From: an uncultured Bacteroides sp.
GTDB lineage: Bacteria > Bacteroidota > Bacteroidia > Bacteroidales > Muribaculaceae
Length of the DNA stretch: 64,000 bases
Direction: 5' to 3'
NCBI GenBank assembly: GCA_964508865.1
Contig: CAZDVP010000001.1
Coordinates: forward strand, 626-64,625
Position 1 is the first letter of the stretch. Every line of letters begins with the position of its first letter. Shown here piece by piece: positions 51,902 through 61,963 of the stretch. Position numbers and translations under genes: made by a program. Below the pieces are notes generated by a model that saw only the letters and a program-made list of their open reading frames with translations, had not been told where the DNA came from and did not search any database.

Positions 51902-54343
51902 ATGGCAGTAATTGATTACTCTAAATATCAAATCTTGTTGTTTCCTGATACCAAGAAAGTTCAGGGATTACAGACAGGTGATATTGTGCGCCGCCAATAT
52001 TTTGACGGCTCTAATATTATATATTCTCTTATGGCCGTTTTGGATTACGGCGTGGAAAGAAAGCAGAACCCCACGACATCGCTTTATGAAGAACGTCCGT
52101 ATTTTATTGGGGCTTTACTTGAAGGCGATGTACCAAAACAGAATGAGCTGCTGGATTTTGCCAGAATTACAAATCTATTCAATGTCGATAGATCCGGAGC
52201 ATTGTATCTCACTGCTTCAGATGACCAATCGCCTTTTATGGATGTTGTTGATGGTATAGGTCGCAACGAAAGTTTGTCATGGCCGGAGAATATAGCCTCG
52301 GATGATTTTGAAGATCCTAAATCCCAGTATATCGTAGATGGGAAAGGGCAGCTTCATACTGCATACACACCTTACAGTCTGGGAAATAATCGTGTTTTAA
52401 CCGTTACTCGATTGGCTGCAAAATCCAATGATTTTGAAGGGTTAAGACAGGATTTTTATCAATTTATTAAAAAGCCTAATGAGGTTTTAGTGTCATATAA
52501 GATTCGTGCTTCAAAAGCAATACAACTTCAAACCTCTTTAGGGTATCAAAGTGATTTACGAATAGACGCGGAATGGACGGAATCTGTAACGACTGAATGG
52601 CGATATATATTTCGAGTAGCCACAGTTGAATATTCCGGTAGGCATTTAAGAACCTTCAAAATAAACATGGGGGATTTGGCAATCGGAGACGAGGTTCAAA
52701 TTGCAGATTTCAATATCATACTACTGTCGAGCGTTGCCAACTTTGCCGCAGCCAGTGCCACCAGAATCGGCAAGTTAGATGGTATTGTTGATCCTGTTTT
52801 TGGACGTTTGACCGGCTATGGGGCATACCTTCAGAAATTATATGCCGCCAATGCTGCGCACGTTTCCGGTACTCTTACAGCCGGAGATGAAAATGGATTT
52901 GGAGCAACTTTTTATGCTGGTAAAATCCACAGGAACTGTTTTATCAATTCTTTGGATGTGAACTTCCAGGGTAGTGTTACTTTGGCAGACACGGCTGTAA
53001 TTAACCCAACAGGTGTAGGCCATGTGTATTCAATCAGTTCACTGCAAAAAATGTTTGCCCAGACTAATGAATGGCTGGTTAACCATCTCGGTAAAAGATA
53101 TTGTTTCTCGTTTTGGGCTTACTCTAAATGCCCTGGAACGATTGGAATCAAGCAGAATGATAAAGTAGTTGGCTCTATCCATATTGCTTCCGACCAAACG
53201 CATGAATGGCGTAGGGTTCATGTTTATTTTGATTTACTCTTAGGTGACGTAACAGATGCAGACTTAATTCTCAGTATTGTACCCAGTTTTGAAACTTCAG
53301 AATTTGATTCGATTTCTGGTGGAACTCAAAATATTGATGCGCATCTTTTATATTTCACCGCCCCTCAATTAGAGTCAGGTGAGAATGTAACTCAATACCA
53401 GCCTACTGACAGTGAACTCAATTACACTGATGAGTATGGTGCGTGGCTGGCACGAGGTGGTATTGGAGGTACTATACAGAACCCACTCCTTCAGCTGAAT
53501 ATGAAGGATATTGATGAAAATGGGGTTGAACATCAAGGAACTATCGGCACAAGAACTAAGTCGTTTGCATTACGTACAGATGGTTCCGGATATTTAGCAA
53601 ATCATAACATTAAGTGGGATTCAGATGGTAAAGTCACCTTTGGTCAAGACGTAACTCTTAATTGGGAAAATCTATCTGATAGTGCGCACGACAATATGGC
53701 TAACCGCTATATGAGAATTGTCGGAGATGATACATTTACAATTATCGGGCAAGAAAATACGACTGTTGGTAAAACCTACAGTCCGGCTTCTATAAAATTG
53801 TCCCTGGAAGAAGTAGGATTTCAATCTACTTCCAGTCAACGCCAATGGTATTACCGATATGGGGGTGAGTTTGTTCCCATTGAGGGTGCAAATGGTTCCT
53901 TCATTGAAATCACACCGGATTCCCCTTGGTGGAGTGGTGAGAGTGCAGTTACCTTCCAATGTGTGATAGTATTAAATGCCTCACGCACTTATACAGACAC
54001 ATTTACAGTTAAGAAACAATACGTTCAAGGATATACTGTTGAAGTAACGTCTTCTAAGGGACTTGCCTTTCAGAATGGAAAATGTCAGACCATATTAACT
54101 GCACGGGTTTACTATCAGGGTAAATTGGTTGATAGAGAGTATGCTTTGAACAACTTTGTATTCAATTGGTATCGGTACAAAACGAGCGATCTGGAAAACC
54201 CAGTATTATTTACTGATTTAGATGATCCAGACAATCCCGATACTATTACTCTTGACTACGATTTAGACGGCAGCGAGATATTTGTCTGCGAATTGGCCAC
54301 TGCGGACTATTTTGATTATACATTCCCCATTTTATTTTTATAA
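51902..54343 (+). CDS. tail fibre/baseplate protein
   Basis: 813-aa ORF. Confidence 0.45.
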   Translation: MAVIDYSKYQILLFPDTKKVQGLQTGDIVRRQYFDGSNIIYSLMAVLDYGVERKQNPTTSLYEERPYFIGALLEGDVPKQNELLDFARITNLFNVDRSGALYLTASDDQSPFMDVVDGIGRNESLSWPENIASDDFEDPKSQYIVDGKGQLHTAYTPYSLGNNRVLTVTRLAAKSNDFEGLRQDFYQFIKKPNEVLVSYKIRASKAIQLQTSLGYQSDLRIDAEWTESVTTEWRYIFRVATVEYSGRHLRTFKINMGDLAIGDEVQIADFNIILLSSVANFAAASATRIGKLDGIVDPVFGRLTGYGAYLQKLYAANAAHVSGTLTAGDENGFGATFYAGKIHRNCFINSLDVNFQGSVTLADTAVINPTGVGHVYSISSLQKMFAQTNEWLVNHLGKRYCFSFWAYSKCPGTIGIKQNDKVVGSIHIASDQTHEWRRVHVYFDLLLGDVTDADLILSIVPSFETSEFDSISGGTQNIDAHLLYFTAPQLESGENVTQYQPTDSELNYTDEYGAWLARGGIGGTIQNPLLQLNMKDIDENGVEHQGTIGTRTKSFALRTDGSGYLANHNIKWDSDGKVTFGQDVTLNWENLSDSAHDNMANRYMRIVGDDTFTIIGQENTTVGKTYSPASIKLSLEEVGFQSTSSQRQWYYRYGGEFVPIEGANGSFIEITPDSPWWSGESAVTFQCVIVLNASRTYTDTFTVKKQYVQGYTVEVTSSKGLAFQNGKCQTILTARVYYQGKLVDREYALNNFVFNWYRYKTSDLENPVLFTDLDDPDNPDTITLDYDLDGSEIFVCELATADYFDYTFPILFL

Positions 54344-54345
54344 CA

Positions 54346-54567
54346 ATGAGTATCAGTCCATTAAATATAGAAACGAAGACTACCAATCAAGGTACGTCTT
54401 CGGCTGGTAAATTGACTGCACTGGAGTTCAACGCTTTAGTTAGCAAGGTCAATGAAATGATTGCCACCATGAACAAAACGGTTTATATCACACAAGATGA
54501 ATATGATGCACTGGTGGAGAGCAATTCTCTTGTTGATGATGTGGAATATAACATTTTCGAGGAATGA
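54346..54567 (+). CDS. small hypothetical tail-module protein
   Basis: 73-aa ORF. Confidence 0.45.
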   Translation: MSISPLNIETKTTNQGTSSAGKLTALEFNALVSKVNEMIATMNKTVYITQDEYDALVESNSLVDDVEYNIFEE

Positions 54568-54740
54568 TTACTCGTAACCAAATTGAACTTTCCGCACGAT
54601 ACTATGGCTCTAAGACAATCACTGCCGTGTATCGAGGAGCTAAATTGTTGTGGGAGGCCGTCAATAGCTGCTTCGGAAGCGGCTTTTGGATCCGAGAGAA
54701 GCCGTGGAGTCGTGCTGACGCTTGGAAGAGGAATATATAA
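54564..54740 (+). CDS. small hypothetical protein (58 aa, below track cutoff)
   Basis: Its start overlaps the upstream stop (ATGA). Hand translation gives MITRNQIELSARYYGSKTITAVYRGAKLLWEAVNSCFGSGFWIREKPWSRADAWKRNI. Confidence 0.4.
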   Translation: MITRNQIELSARYYGSKTITAVYRGAKLLWEAVNSCFGSGFWIREKPWSRADAWKRNI

Positions 54741-54755
54741 ATCAACCTTACAAAT

Positions 54756-57700
54756 ATGGCTAAAAAAGCAATTGCAGTAAAAGGTTACATCCCTGACATC
54801 AGCACTCCCTGGGAGTGGATAGATGAGAATGGGCAATTGAAAGCCTATGATGGAGAGTCTGTAGAGAACTTGCTACGGCGTGTTATTTCTGACTTGCAGA
54901 CCACCAAAGTAGGTTATTTCGTCATTCCTCAAAATAAGGAAACTGACGGATATTATCACTTATGGGGATTTGCCAGTCAAAGCGATTACAGCGATTATCT
55001 TACTGATCCTGTTAGTAACGCTTCGCTACGTCTGCTTAACACTGCAATTCCGATTTTGGAGGAGCAGGGAGGAGTCAGCAATATCGTTACTCTGACTCGA
55101 AACTCAGCGGCAAGTATCGTTACCAGCAAAGCAGAGGCAAGCGTAGAGGTATCATATCTGTGGCAACAGTACAATCCTATTACTAAGGAAACTACAGACC
55201 AGGATGAAGATGCCACTATCATTGTATCTTGCCGAACACAAAATGCAAATGGCACATGGGGAGCGTGGGATTCCAGTAAGGAGTTTACCGTCTCTATCCA
55301 ATCTGGACAGACTAAGACCATCGACCTAAGTAAATTGCTGACTTCTGACGCAACTTATCAGATTCGTTTGGTTGCAACCGGTGAAACAAGCGAGATTTCT
55401 GCCAGCCCTGTAACTGTAAGCATTGTGTATTCAAACGTGGCGGCAAAGTATGAAGGCCAGATTGCAACCGCTTATCAAGGCAGTAGCATCCAGCTTCCTT
55501 TCCGTATTTCAGGTAGCGTACAAAAGCAGCTTAGAATCAAAATTGGTAACTATACCAAAAACTTCACACTTGGCACTACGACTTATACCGATAATACGTA
55601 TGGTGCTACTTTGACTCAGGCTGAATTTGGACTAACTCGTGGGGCTGTCAAGGCTGAAGCATGGATCGCGTTTGGTGAAGGATATGCTGCTGAAACGGAG
55701 CATCAAGAGTTTCAGTTTATTTACCTCCCTGAGAATGACACCATCACTACTCCTATTTTGGCTGTCACGGACATCATGGAGGAATTTCAGAACTGGACCC
55801 GTGCAACGATTTTCAGATATGCCATATACAATCCGCAGTCTGACGAAACATTCTTACGCATAACCCTTCAGGATCGCACAACAGGTCAAATCTACATCCA
55901 AAAGGATATAACCTGTATGAATGGTGAAAGTTATGAGTTTGACGAGAACTTCGGCATGGAGTATGAAGGAGATGAGCAGCCTACTACTATTCAGGCCCAG
56001 GCTACCTTTGTCAACGCCTCCGGCCTGACTTATGGTAACAATATTAACTTCACTGTTGACAATTCAGAGAACTTTGCTCCAACAAAAGGCGCAAATTTGA
56101 TTCTTTCGCCTGAAAAACATAGTCTTGTTATTGATGGCGAGGATTACGACGTTGCTGATCTTATCACTGACAAAGATGATACCAACAGCGGATGGAAGAC
56201 AAATACTGAGTTTGATTCAACCGGAGCGCAAGTCAATGTACCTGTCCTCAGTATTGCTGCCGGCAACAAACTGACGATTCCGTATGAACTTTTCAATTCA
56301 AATACCGGCCACAACAACAATGGTGTCGAAGGTTCGATTACGATAGAATTTGACATAAAAGTAAAAAATATCGTAAGTAACGCTCCAATCATTGACGCTT
56401 CAGCACCCTTTGACAAGGCGTACACCGGATTGAAGTTCTACCCGACAAGAGCAGTGTGTCTTAGCCAGAATAATAATTCAGAGGATATTTGCGATGCGAC
56501 TTTCTGTGAAGAGACACGTGAGCACATAGCGATTAACATTATCCGCAATCTTCGTGGTGAAGGATTGAATCTGGTTCGTTTCTACATCAATGGTAAATCG
56601 AACCGTTCATACATTTACACTGATGAGGATAATTTCATACCTATCGGTGCAAATGGCGCACAAAATCTTGTTATTGGCTCTGATGATGCCGATATTGATA
56701 TTTATGGATTGCGTGTTTATAAAGATCAGCAGCTTGGCTCCGTTCAGATTCAGAATGACTATATGGCTGGTATGCCGACCATTGAAGATAAGAAAAAGTT
56801 CAAACGTTTCAATTCAATCTACAACGGTACGGAAATCAGTTACGACCAGTGTAATGCGATGGGTCTTAACACGATTCTTCGTAAAATTCCACAGGGCGGT
56901 CATTATCCTTCTCGTGAAAATCAGGACAAACAGAAGAACGTTACCATAGATGTTCGTATCTTCAAAGAACGTGGTAATGCTGAAAGTCTTGACCGTAAGC
57001 ATAGTGGCACATTTGTAGGTATGACCGATAAAGGTCAGGGAACCAGCGCGAAAGGTTACTATTGGTGGAATATCTCTGATGGCTTTGAAGATGACGTAGA
57101 GATAGCTGCCGACGCATACGACCCCTCAGATCCTACCCATTACACAGCTGATGGTAAATATTTCAAAAAGATTTCGTACTTCAATTCATTAGACGGTATC
57201 AGTCAGGTTTATGCAAGCAAGTATGAAATCGAGGATGGCCGAGGGGGAATAACTAAACTGGTTGGTAAGTGTAATTACGCTTCTCCCATGCAGAGCCATA
57301 AATTAGGAGGCGTTTGGGCTTACGATGAACTTTGGCAACTTCTTGTTAACGATGGTTCCGGCGGTCGTACCGTGCTTCAAGATACTCATGCCGCTTGTTA
57401 TGAACTGCCCTTCCTTTGCTTTTATCAAATAGGCAATGGTACTCCTATATTCTGTGGATTCCAGACTTGGGGTAGCGGCAAAGGCGATAAAAAGACCTTT
57501 GGCTACGACAAGAAGAAATCCCCAGGATATATGTGTGTGTCCGGAGCGGATAATGGTGCCGTTGCTGCTCTATTCCAAATGCCTTGGTTGGTAAGCAAAA
57601 ACACTCAGGGCGCATGGAGCGGCAATGTCTACGCTAAGAGCGTGACAATCAATACCGGTGACGTTAAGAATGGATATTGTTATAAGAGCGGTGTCAGTGA

Positions 57701-60700
57701 CAACCTTGCGTTTGAGGTTGAGATAGGTAGCAAATATGATGGCGGAGAGACCGATAAAGGGGTTCTCCGAATCGCAGATGAAGCAAAAGGAGAAACCGAG
57801 ACAACTCTTTATACTCATTTTGCTGATTTCTGTAATTTCATCTGCTCTTGTTCACCGTTACTGAAACCGTATGCAGGCACTGAGGCTCAACTCATTGCTG
57901 ATAGTGCCAATCTTAAAAATGATCATCAGTATTGGTTGTTTAATACCGGGCCGGATCGTTATAAAGTTTACTACTACAATCCTCTGACCGCTAAGTTTGA
58001 ACAGCTTCCAAAGGTTGCTACAAAATGGGGCGCAGATGGTCGTGCGTCTCAATTTGGTTCTCCTACTTTAACGTCACAGTTGGCTGGTGTAACCGTTACC
58101 ATTGACTCTGTTGAAGGTAAGACAAGCATGACATTAGAAGAGGCAATGGACACGCTTGGTACGTCAGATATGAATGTAGTTAACGACCTCTTCTGTAAGG
58201 CTCGTGTAGCATACTTCAAAGCTCATGCTGATAGTTACCTCGATGTTGTCGATGTAATCTTCCACCAGTGCTTCTGTAAATTGTTCGGAGCGACTGATAA
58301 TCGCACCAAGAATACTTATTACTGGATAGACCCGGCAATAGATAAACTTGTACGTCTGAAGCAGGATGACCTTGACACAATTCTGGCTACCGATAACCAG
58401 GGCCGTCAGACTAAGCCTTACTATGTGCTCGAACATACTAAGGATAGTAACGGCAGCAACTACTGGAATGGTGAAAACAATATCCTGTACACTCTGATTG
58501 AACGTGCATATCCTGATCGTATGCGTAACATGATGCGTGATATATTCTCCAGAATGTCTCAGATTGCAGGCAGCGTGGAGGAATATATGCAGAAGCGTTT
58601 CTACTGGGTGCAGGAATATTTCCCTGCTGTAGCCTACAACGAGACCAGTCGTGTACTTTATGAGGTGGCTCAGGTGAAATTGATGAACGGCCTCATTGAT
58701 GTCAGTCAAGACCCGATTACTCAGGCTGTGGGAGATCAGCTGGAGTGCGAAAAGCAGTTCATGTCACAGCGTCTTCCTATGCTGATGTCATGGTGTGAAT
58801 ATGAAACGGGTGGTGATGGAACCCTATCTTTCCGTTCCGTAGACACACTTGATGGCTCTCAGGCGGTTTACGACCTCGAATATACGGCTTATCAATACAT
58901 TTATCCGAAAATGTCTCTTGGTGGCGCAATGCCTTCAATTTATGCCAAGGTAAATGGAGAATGGGTTTTACAGGACGGTAGTGAACCATATCTATGCGCT
59001 CCTGGTGAAACGGTGCGAATGGTGGTTACAGCCAGTGTGTCCAATCAGCAATTTACCTTACGTTGGCTGCATTATGCACAACGGATTGGTAATATTGGAG
59101 CACTCTCTTGTGGAGATGAGGGTTCTATTACGATTGTTGGTAAAAGACTTCGTAAACTGGAATGTTGGTCTCCTGATGGCACTCCTATTGAGTTTCATCC
59201 TAAAGGCATTTCAATTTTGAACTGTCGCAATCTGGAAGAAGTCAACTTGACCAACGCTTCTTCTTTCTCCGGCGGCTTTTCTTTTGATTTGCCTCGACTA
59301 AAGAAACTGTTGCTCAAAGGGTCTGCCTACACCAGCGTAACATTGCCTAAAACCTCTACCTTAACACAAGTCTCATATCCGGCATCTATTAACTCGATTA
59401 TCGTAAATGGTCAGCCGAACCTGAGTAGTATTTCTGTAGAGAGCATGGCGAATGTTCGTACACTGAGGGTGATCGGACAGCACAAGATTCAGACCCAGAC
59501 TCAGCCTCTCGTGCAACTTGCATATTCTCAGGGGCAGAATGTTAATTCTGTAACTATGGAGAATATCGCATGGGTCGGTATGTCTGTGAACGTATTGATT
59601 TGGCTTCAGAATATGAAGGCGAGTCTTACCGGGTCAATTGGTTTGTCTGATAATTTGACTTATGCGACAAAGGCATCGTTGGTAGAAACTTATGGTGATA
59701 TTGACAGTCAGACTAATGATTTGTATGTAACTTACAATAAATACAACATCACCGGCTTCAATATTAAGGGTAACACCTATATGTCTCAACTTGGATTATA
59801 TCCCTATACGATTGCTCCTGTGCCGACACGAGGTAACGATGTGGCTATCAAAAATGGCAAACTCGATATAGAATGGTCAATAGAAGAAGGTGGTCAAATA
59901 TATGCAACCTTTGAAGATGCAGTGGCCGGCTTGTTGAAAGTCTCACAGCTGGATGCAAGTGGTACCGACACTCGCTATGCTATCACTTGTAAATTGACCC
60001 GAACTAATGGCCAGACTATTACCAATTCTGTTCAAGTTGGATTCTACCTTCGAGTTCCTAAAATCGGAGACTTTGCTTATGCAGATGGTACCTTCGATGA
60101 CCAGTTCCAGCGAGACAAGACGGTTGTAGGCGTGGTGTACAAGATCGACCCGATGTATCAAGGCGAAGGTGATGAAGCACCTACCACTTACTCCGGTTAT
60201 AACAAGCCTACAAATGCAGTGCTTGAAAATAAGCAGCTTGTTGGCTATAGAGTGCTGATTGACAGCAAAGAAGATGCGGTAATTAAAAGCACTGATTCTT
60301 TCATCAATACAGCAAGTAATGCTTGGGGTCTTTATAATGAAGGCTCAACTGGAGTACATGGAACGAATGGTTTTACTACTGAGATGGGCAATAAGATTCA
60401 GGCTCAAATAGGTAGTAATGCTTTCGACACTCCGATTCCGAATATTGGAAACACGAGCGAATGGTCATCCGGTTGGTATTTGCATCGAGGCACCTACTTC
60501 AATAGTGAGGAATCCGATGGGTTCAAACAGTTCTCATCTGGTGCCCCAGCAGACTGGGATGGTAAAAACAAAACCCGGAAGATTGTACGTCACATGGAAA
60601 GTATCTTCAATGGTTATCTGATGGGTGAGTTCAACGAGGACATTCTTACAGAATGGGTTGAAGAGACTGAGAATGGCAATATCGTTCATCAGATTACTGA

Positions 60701-61358
60701 ACTTCCTACAAATCTGGAAGAGTTAGGCAATATGATGGAGATCCTTCAGAAAGCAAATGGAAATCTTTCTATTTTCCGTCAGTTTGCTTTCCCTGCTGCC
60801 TACTCCTGCTATCTCTATGAACCTGTGCTGAAAGAAGGCGAAACACTTGATCCTCAGTTTGCACGTAACAACTGGTACCTCCCGGCAGAGGGTGAATTGA
60901 TGCGTCAATTCTCTTTCTATGGTGTATCTCGCACTGGTGGCTTAGGAACGGCGCAAGCAACCGGTCAGAACACTCAGCCAAATAGAAGTGTGATTGACGC
61001 AATGATTCAGGCGGCGCACGACTCATCGGAAAGCAATCCGATTAAGCAGACTGTTAAGCAATCAAGTATTGATGCTTCCAGTTATTCTGCTGCTGAAATG
61101 TCTGCTATCAATCAGTATTTCCAGACATTGACTGAATGTGAAATGCCGATTTACTCTCTTGTGCTATGGAGAGCATTGGTTGGGGGCAATTCTTCGCCCT
61201 TTATCAATCATACAGCTGGGTACCATTGGTCGAGTAGCGAGAACAGTAGCAACGGCTCCTGGTACGTGAGTTTCGGTACTGGTAACACGTACTACTACAA
61301 CAACAAGTATGGCTACTATACGGTTCGTCCCTCTGTAGCGTATGTTTTCATGCTTTAA
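54756..61358 (+). CDS. giant tail fibre / receptor-binding protein, DGR target 1
   Basis: 2200 aa. The C-terminal DUF1566/C-type-lectin-like module (NNWYLPAEGELMRQF...GYHWSSSENSSNGSWYVSFGTGNTYYYNNKYGYYTVRPSVA) is encoded by VR1. Confidence 0.85.
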   Translation: MAKKAIAVKGYIPDISTPWEWIDENGQLKAYDGESVENLLRRVISDLQTTKVGYFVIPQNKETDGYYHLWGFASQSDYSDYLTDPVSNASLRLLNTAIPILEEQGGVSNIVTLTRNSAASIVTSKAEASVEVSYLWQQYNPITKETTDQDEDATIIVSCRTQNANGTWGAWDSSKEFTVSIQSGQTKTIDLSKLLTSDATYQIRLVATGETSEISASPVTVSIVYSNVAAKYEGQIATAYQGSSIQLPFRISGSVQKQLRIKIGNYTKNFTLGTTTYTDNTYGATLTQAEFGLTRGAVKAEAWIAFGEGYAAETEHQEFQFIYLPENDTITTPILAVTDIMEEFQNWTRATIFRYAIYNPQSDETFLRITLQDRTTGQIYIQKDITCMNGESYEFDENFGMEYEGDEQPTTIQAQATFVNASGLTYGNNINFTVDNSENFAPTKGANLILSPEKHSLVIDGEDYDVADLITDKDDTNSGWKTNTEFDSTGAQVNVPVLSIAAGNKLTIPYELFNSNTGHNNNGVEGSITIEFDIKVKNIVSNAPIIDASAPFDKAYTGLKFYPTRAVCLSQNNNSEDICDATFCEETREHIAINIIRNLRGEGLNLVRFYINGKSNRSYIYTDEDNFIPIGANGAQNLVIGSDDADIDIYGLRVYKDQQLGSVQIQNDYMAGMPTIEDKKKFKRFNSIYNGTEISYDQCNAMGLNTILRKIPQGGHYPSRENQDKQKNVTIDVRIFKERGNAESLDRKHSGTFVGMTDKGQGTSAKGYYWWNISDGFEDDVEIAADAYDPSDPTHYTADGKYFKKISYFNSLDGISQVYASKYEIEDGRGGITKLVGKCNYASPMQSHKLGGVWAYDELWQLLVNDGSGGRTVLQDTHAACYELPFLCFYQIGNGTPIFCGFQTWGSGKGDKKTFGYDKKKSPGYMCVSGADNGAVAALFQMPWLVSKNTQGAWSGNVYAKSVTINTGDVKNGYCYKSGVSDNLAFEVEIGSKYDGGETDKGVLRIADEAKGETETTLYTHFADFCNFICSCSPLLKPYAGTEAQLIADSANLKNDHQYWLFNTGPDRYKVYYYNPLTAKFEQLPKVATKWGADGRASQFGSPTLTSQLAGVTVTIDSVEGKTSMTLEEAMDTLGTSDMNVVNDLFCKARVAYFKAHADSYLDVVDVIFHQCFCKLFGATDNRTKNTYYWIDPAIDKLVRLKQDDLDTILATDNQGRQTKPYYVLEHTKDSNGSNYWNGENNILYTLIERAYPDRMRNMMRDIFSRMSQIAGSVEEYMQKRFYWVQEYFPAVAYNETSRVLYEVAQVKLMNGLIDVSQDPITQAVGDQLECEKQFMSQRLPMLMSWCEYETGGDGTLSFRSVDTLDGSQAVYDLEYTAYQYIYPKMSLGGAMPSIYAKVNGEWVLQDGSEPYLCAPGETVRMVVTASVSNQQFTLRWLHYAQRIGNIGALSCGDEGSITIVGKRLRKLECWSPDGTPIEFHPKGISILNCRNLEEVNLTNASSFSGGFSFDLPRLKKLLLKGSAYTSVTLPKTSTLTQVSYPASINSIIVNGQPNLSSISVESMANVRTLRVIGQHKIQTQTQPLVQLAYSQGQNVNSVTMENIAWVGMSVNVLIWLQNMKASLTGSIGLSDNLTYATKASLVETYGDIDSQTNDLYVTYNKYNITGFNIKGNTYMSQLGLYPYTIAPVPTRGNDVAIKNGKLDIEWSIEEGGQIYATFEDAVAGLLKVSQLDASGTDTRYAITCKLTRTNGQTITNSVQVGFYLRVPKIGDFAYADGTFDDQFQRDKTVVGVVYKIDPMYQGEGDEAPTTYSGYNKPTNAVLENKQLVGYRVLIDSKEDAVIKSTDSFINTASNAWGLYNEGSTGVHGTNGFTTEMGNKIQAQIGSNAFDTPIPNIGNTSEWSSGWYLHRGTYFNSEESDGFKQFSSGAPADWDGKNKTRKIVRHMESIFNGYLMGEFNEDILTEWVEETENGNIVHQITELPTNLEELGNMMEILQKANGNLSIFRQFAFPAAYSCYLYEPVLKEGETLDPQFARNNWYLPAEGELMRQFSFYGVSRTGGLGTAQATGQNTQPNRSVIDAMIQAAHDSSESNPIKQTVKQSSIDASSYSAAEMSAINQYFQTLTECEMPIYSLVLWRALVGGNSSPFINHTAGYHWSSSENSSNGSWYVSFGTGNTYYYNNKYGYYTVRPSVAYVFML
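61209..61340 (+). repeat. DGR variable repeat VR1
   Basis: Hand alignment of 132 nt against TR 62070..62201 gives 14 differences, all at adenines of the TR. Confidence 0.9.
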
Positions 61359-61366
61359 TCCTCTCT

Positions 61367-61392
61367 GGCGAGTTGCCTTTTGGCAACTCGCC
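61367..61392 (+). promoter_or_regulatory. GC-rich hairpin 3' of VR1 (DGR target-recognition-type element and/or terminator)
   Basis: An 11-bp stem ggcgagttgcc/ggcaactcgcc with loop TTTT, 26 nt after the end of VR1. Confidence 0.6.
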
Positions 61393-61417
61393 TATAACCC
61401 TTAAAATAAATTTAATA

Positions 61418-61963
61418 ATGTTAAATAAATCAAACGAAAAGTCTCCTACGGAGAAGGCTTTAGAGTCTCACGCATCTATAACCGGAATATTTGAAGAGGT
61501 AGAATTTCTTCCCTCTGAAGATACAGTTGTGCTTACACAGGCAGAAATTGACGCTGCCAAAAAGAATAAACGAGATATGCGTAAAAAGGCTAAAACCTTT
61601 GTAAATGCCCCAATATATCGAACATTCCACAACGCTACATCTCTACTTATGCAAATCATCACACTCATGCCTAAAAAGACGGTCAAACTGAGTGATGTAA
61701 TGCTGATAAAATTGAATGATGCGATTCAATGGACTGCATCGGCTTATGAACAAAAAGATCCGATTCATAAACATTATTCGCTCTGTGAGGCTATATCTTT
61801 AATGTACAGCATTAAGGTGTACGCAAATTCAGCTTCAAGTCTAAATCTCATCGGCAAGAGCAAGTCTACTCAACTGAGCAAAGCGATTGACGCTATTTTA
61901 CGCCAACTTGTAGCATGGCGAGGCTCATTGATAGATAAGGGCGATAATGCTTGCGATCAATAA
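61418..61963 (+). CDS. avd: Avd-like DGR accessory protein with N-terminal extension
   Basis: The helical basic C-terminal half (LMPKKTVKLSDV...AIDAILRQLVAWRGS) fits the four-helix-bundle Avd pattern. It sits between the target gene and the TR/RT. The ATG is at 61418; the track's TTG at 61373 lies inside the hairpin. Confidence 0.6.
   Translation: MLNKSNEKSPTEKALESHASITGIFEEVEFLPSEDTVVLTQAEIDAAKKNKRDMRKKAKTFVNAPIYRTFHNATSLLMQIITLMPKKTVKLSDVMLIKLNDAIQWTASAYEQKDPIHKHYSLCEAISLMYSIKVYANSASSLNLIGKSKSTQLSKAIDAILRQLVAWRGSLIDKGDNACDQ

Noticed and set aside
58164-58709. 181-aa minus-strand ORF, and other antisense ORFs inside the 2200-aa fibre gene
   Set aside because: These are embedded antisense in a continuous 6.6-kb ORF whose C-terminus is validated by the DGR VR. 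They have no independent signals.
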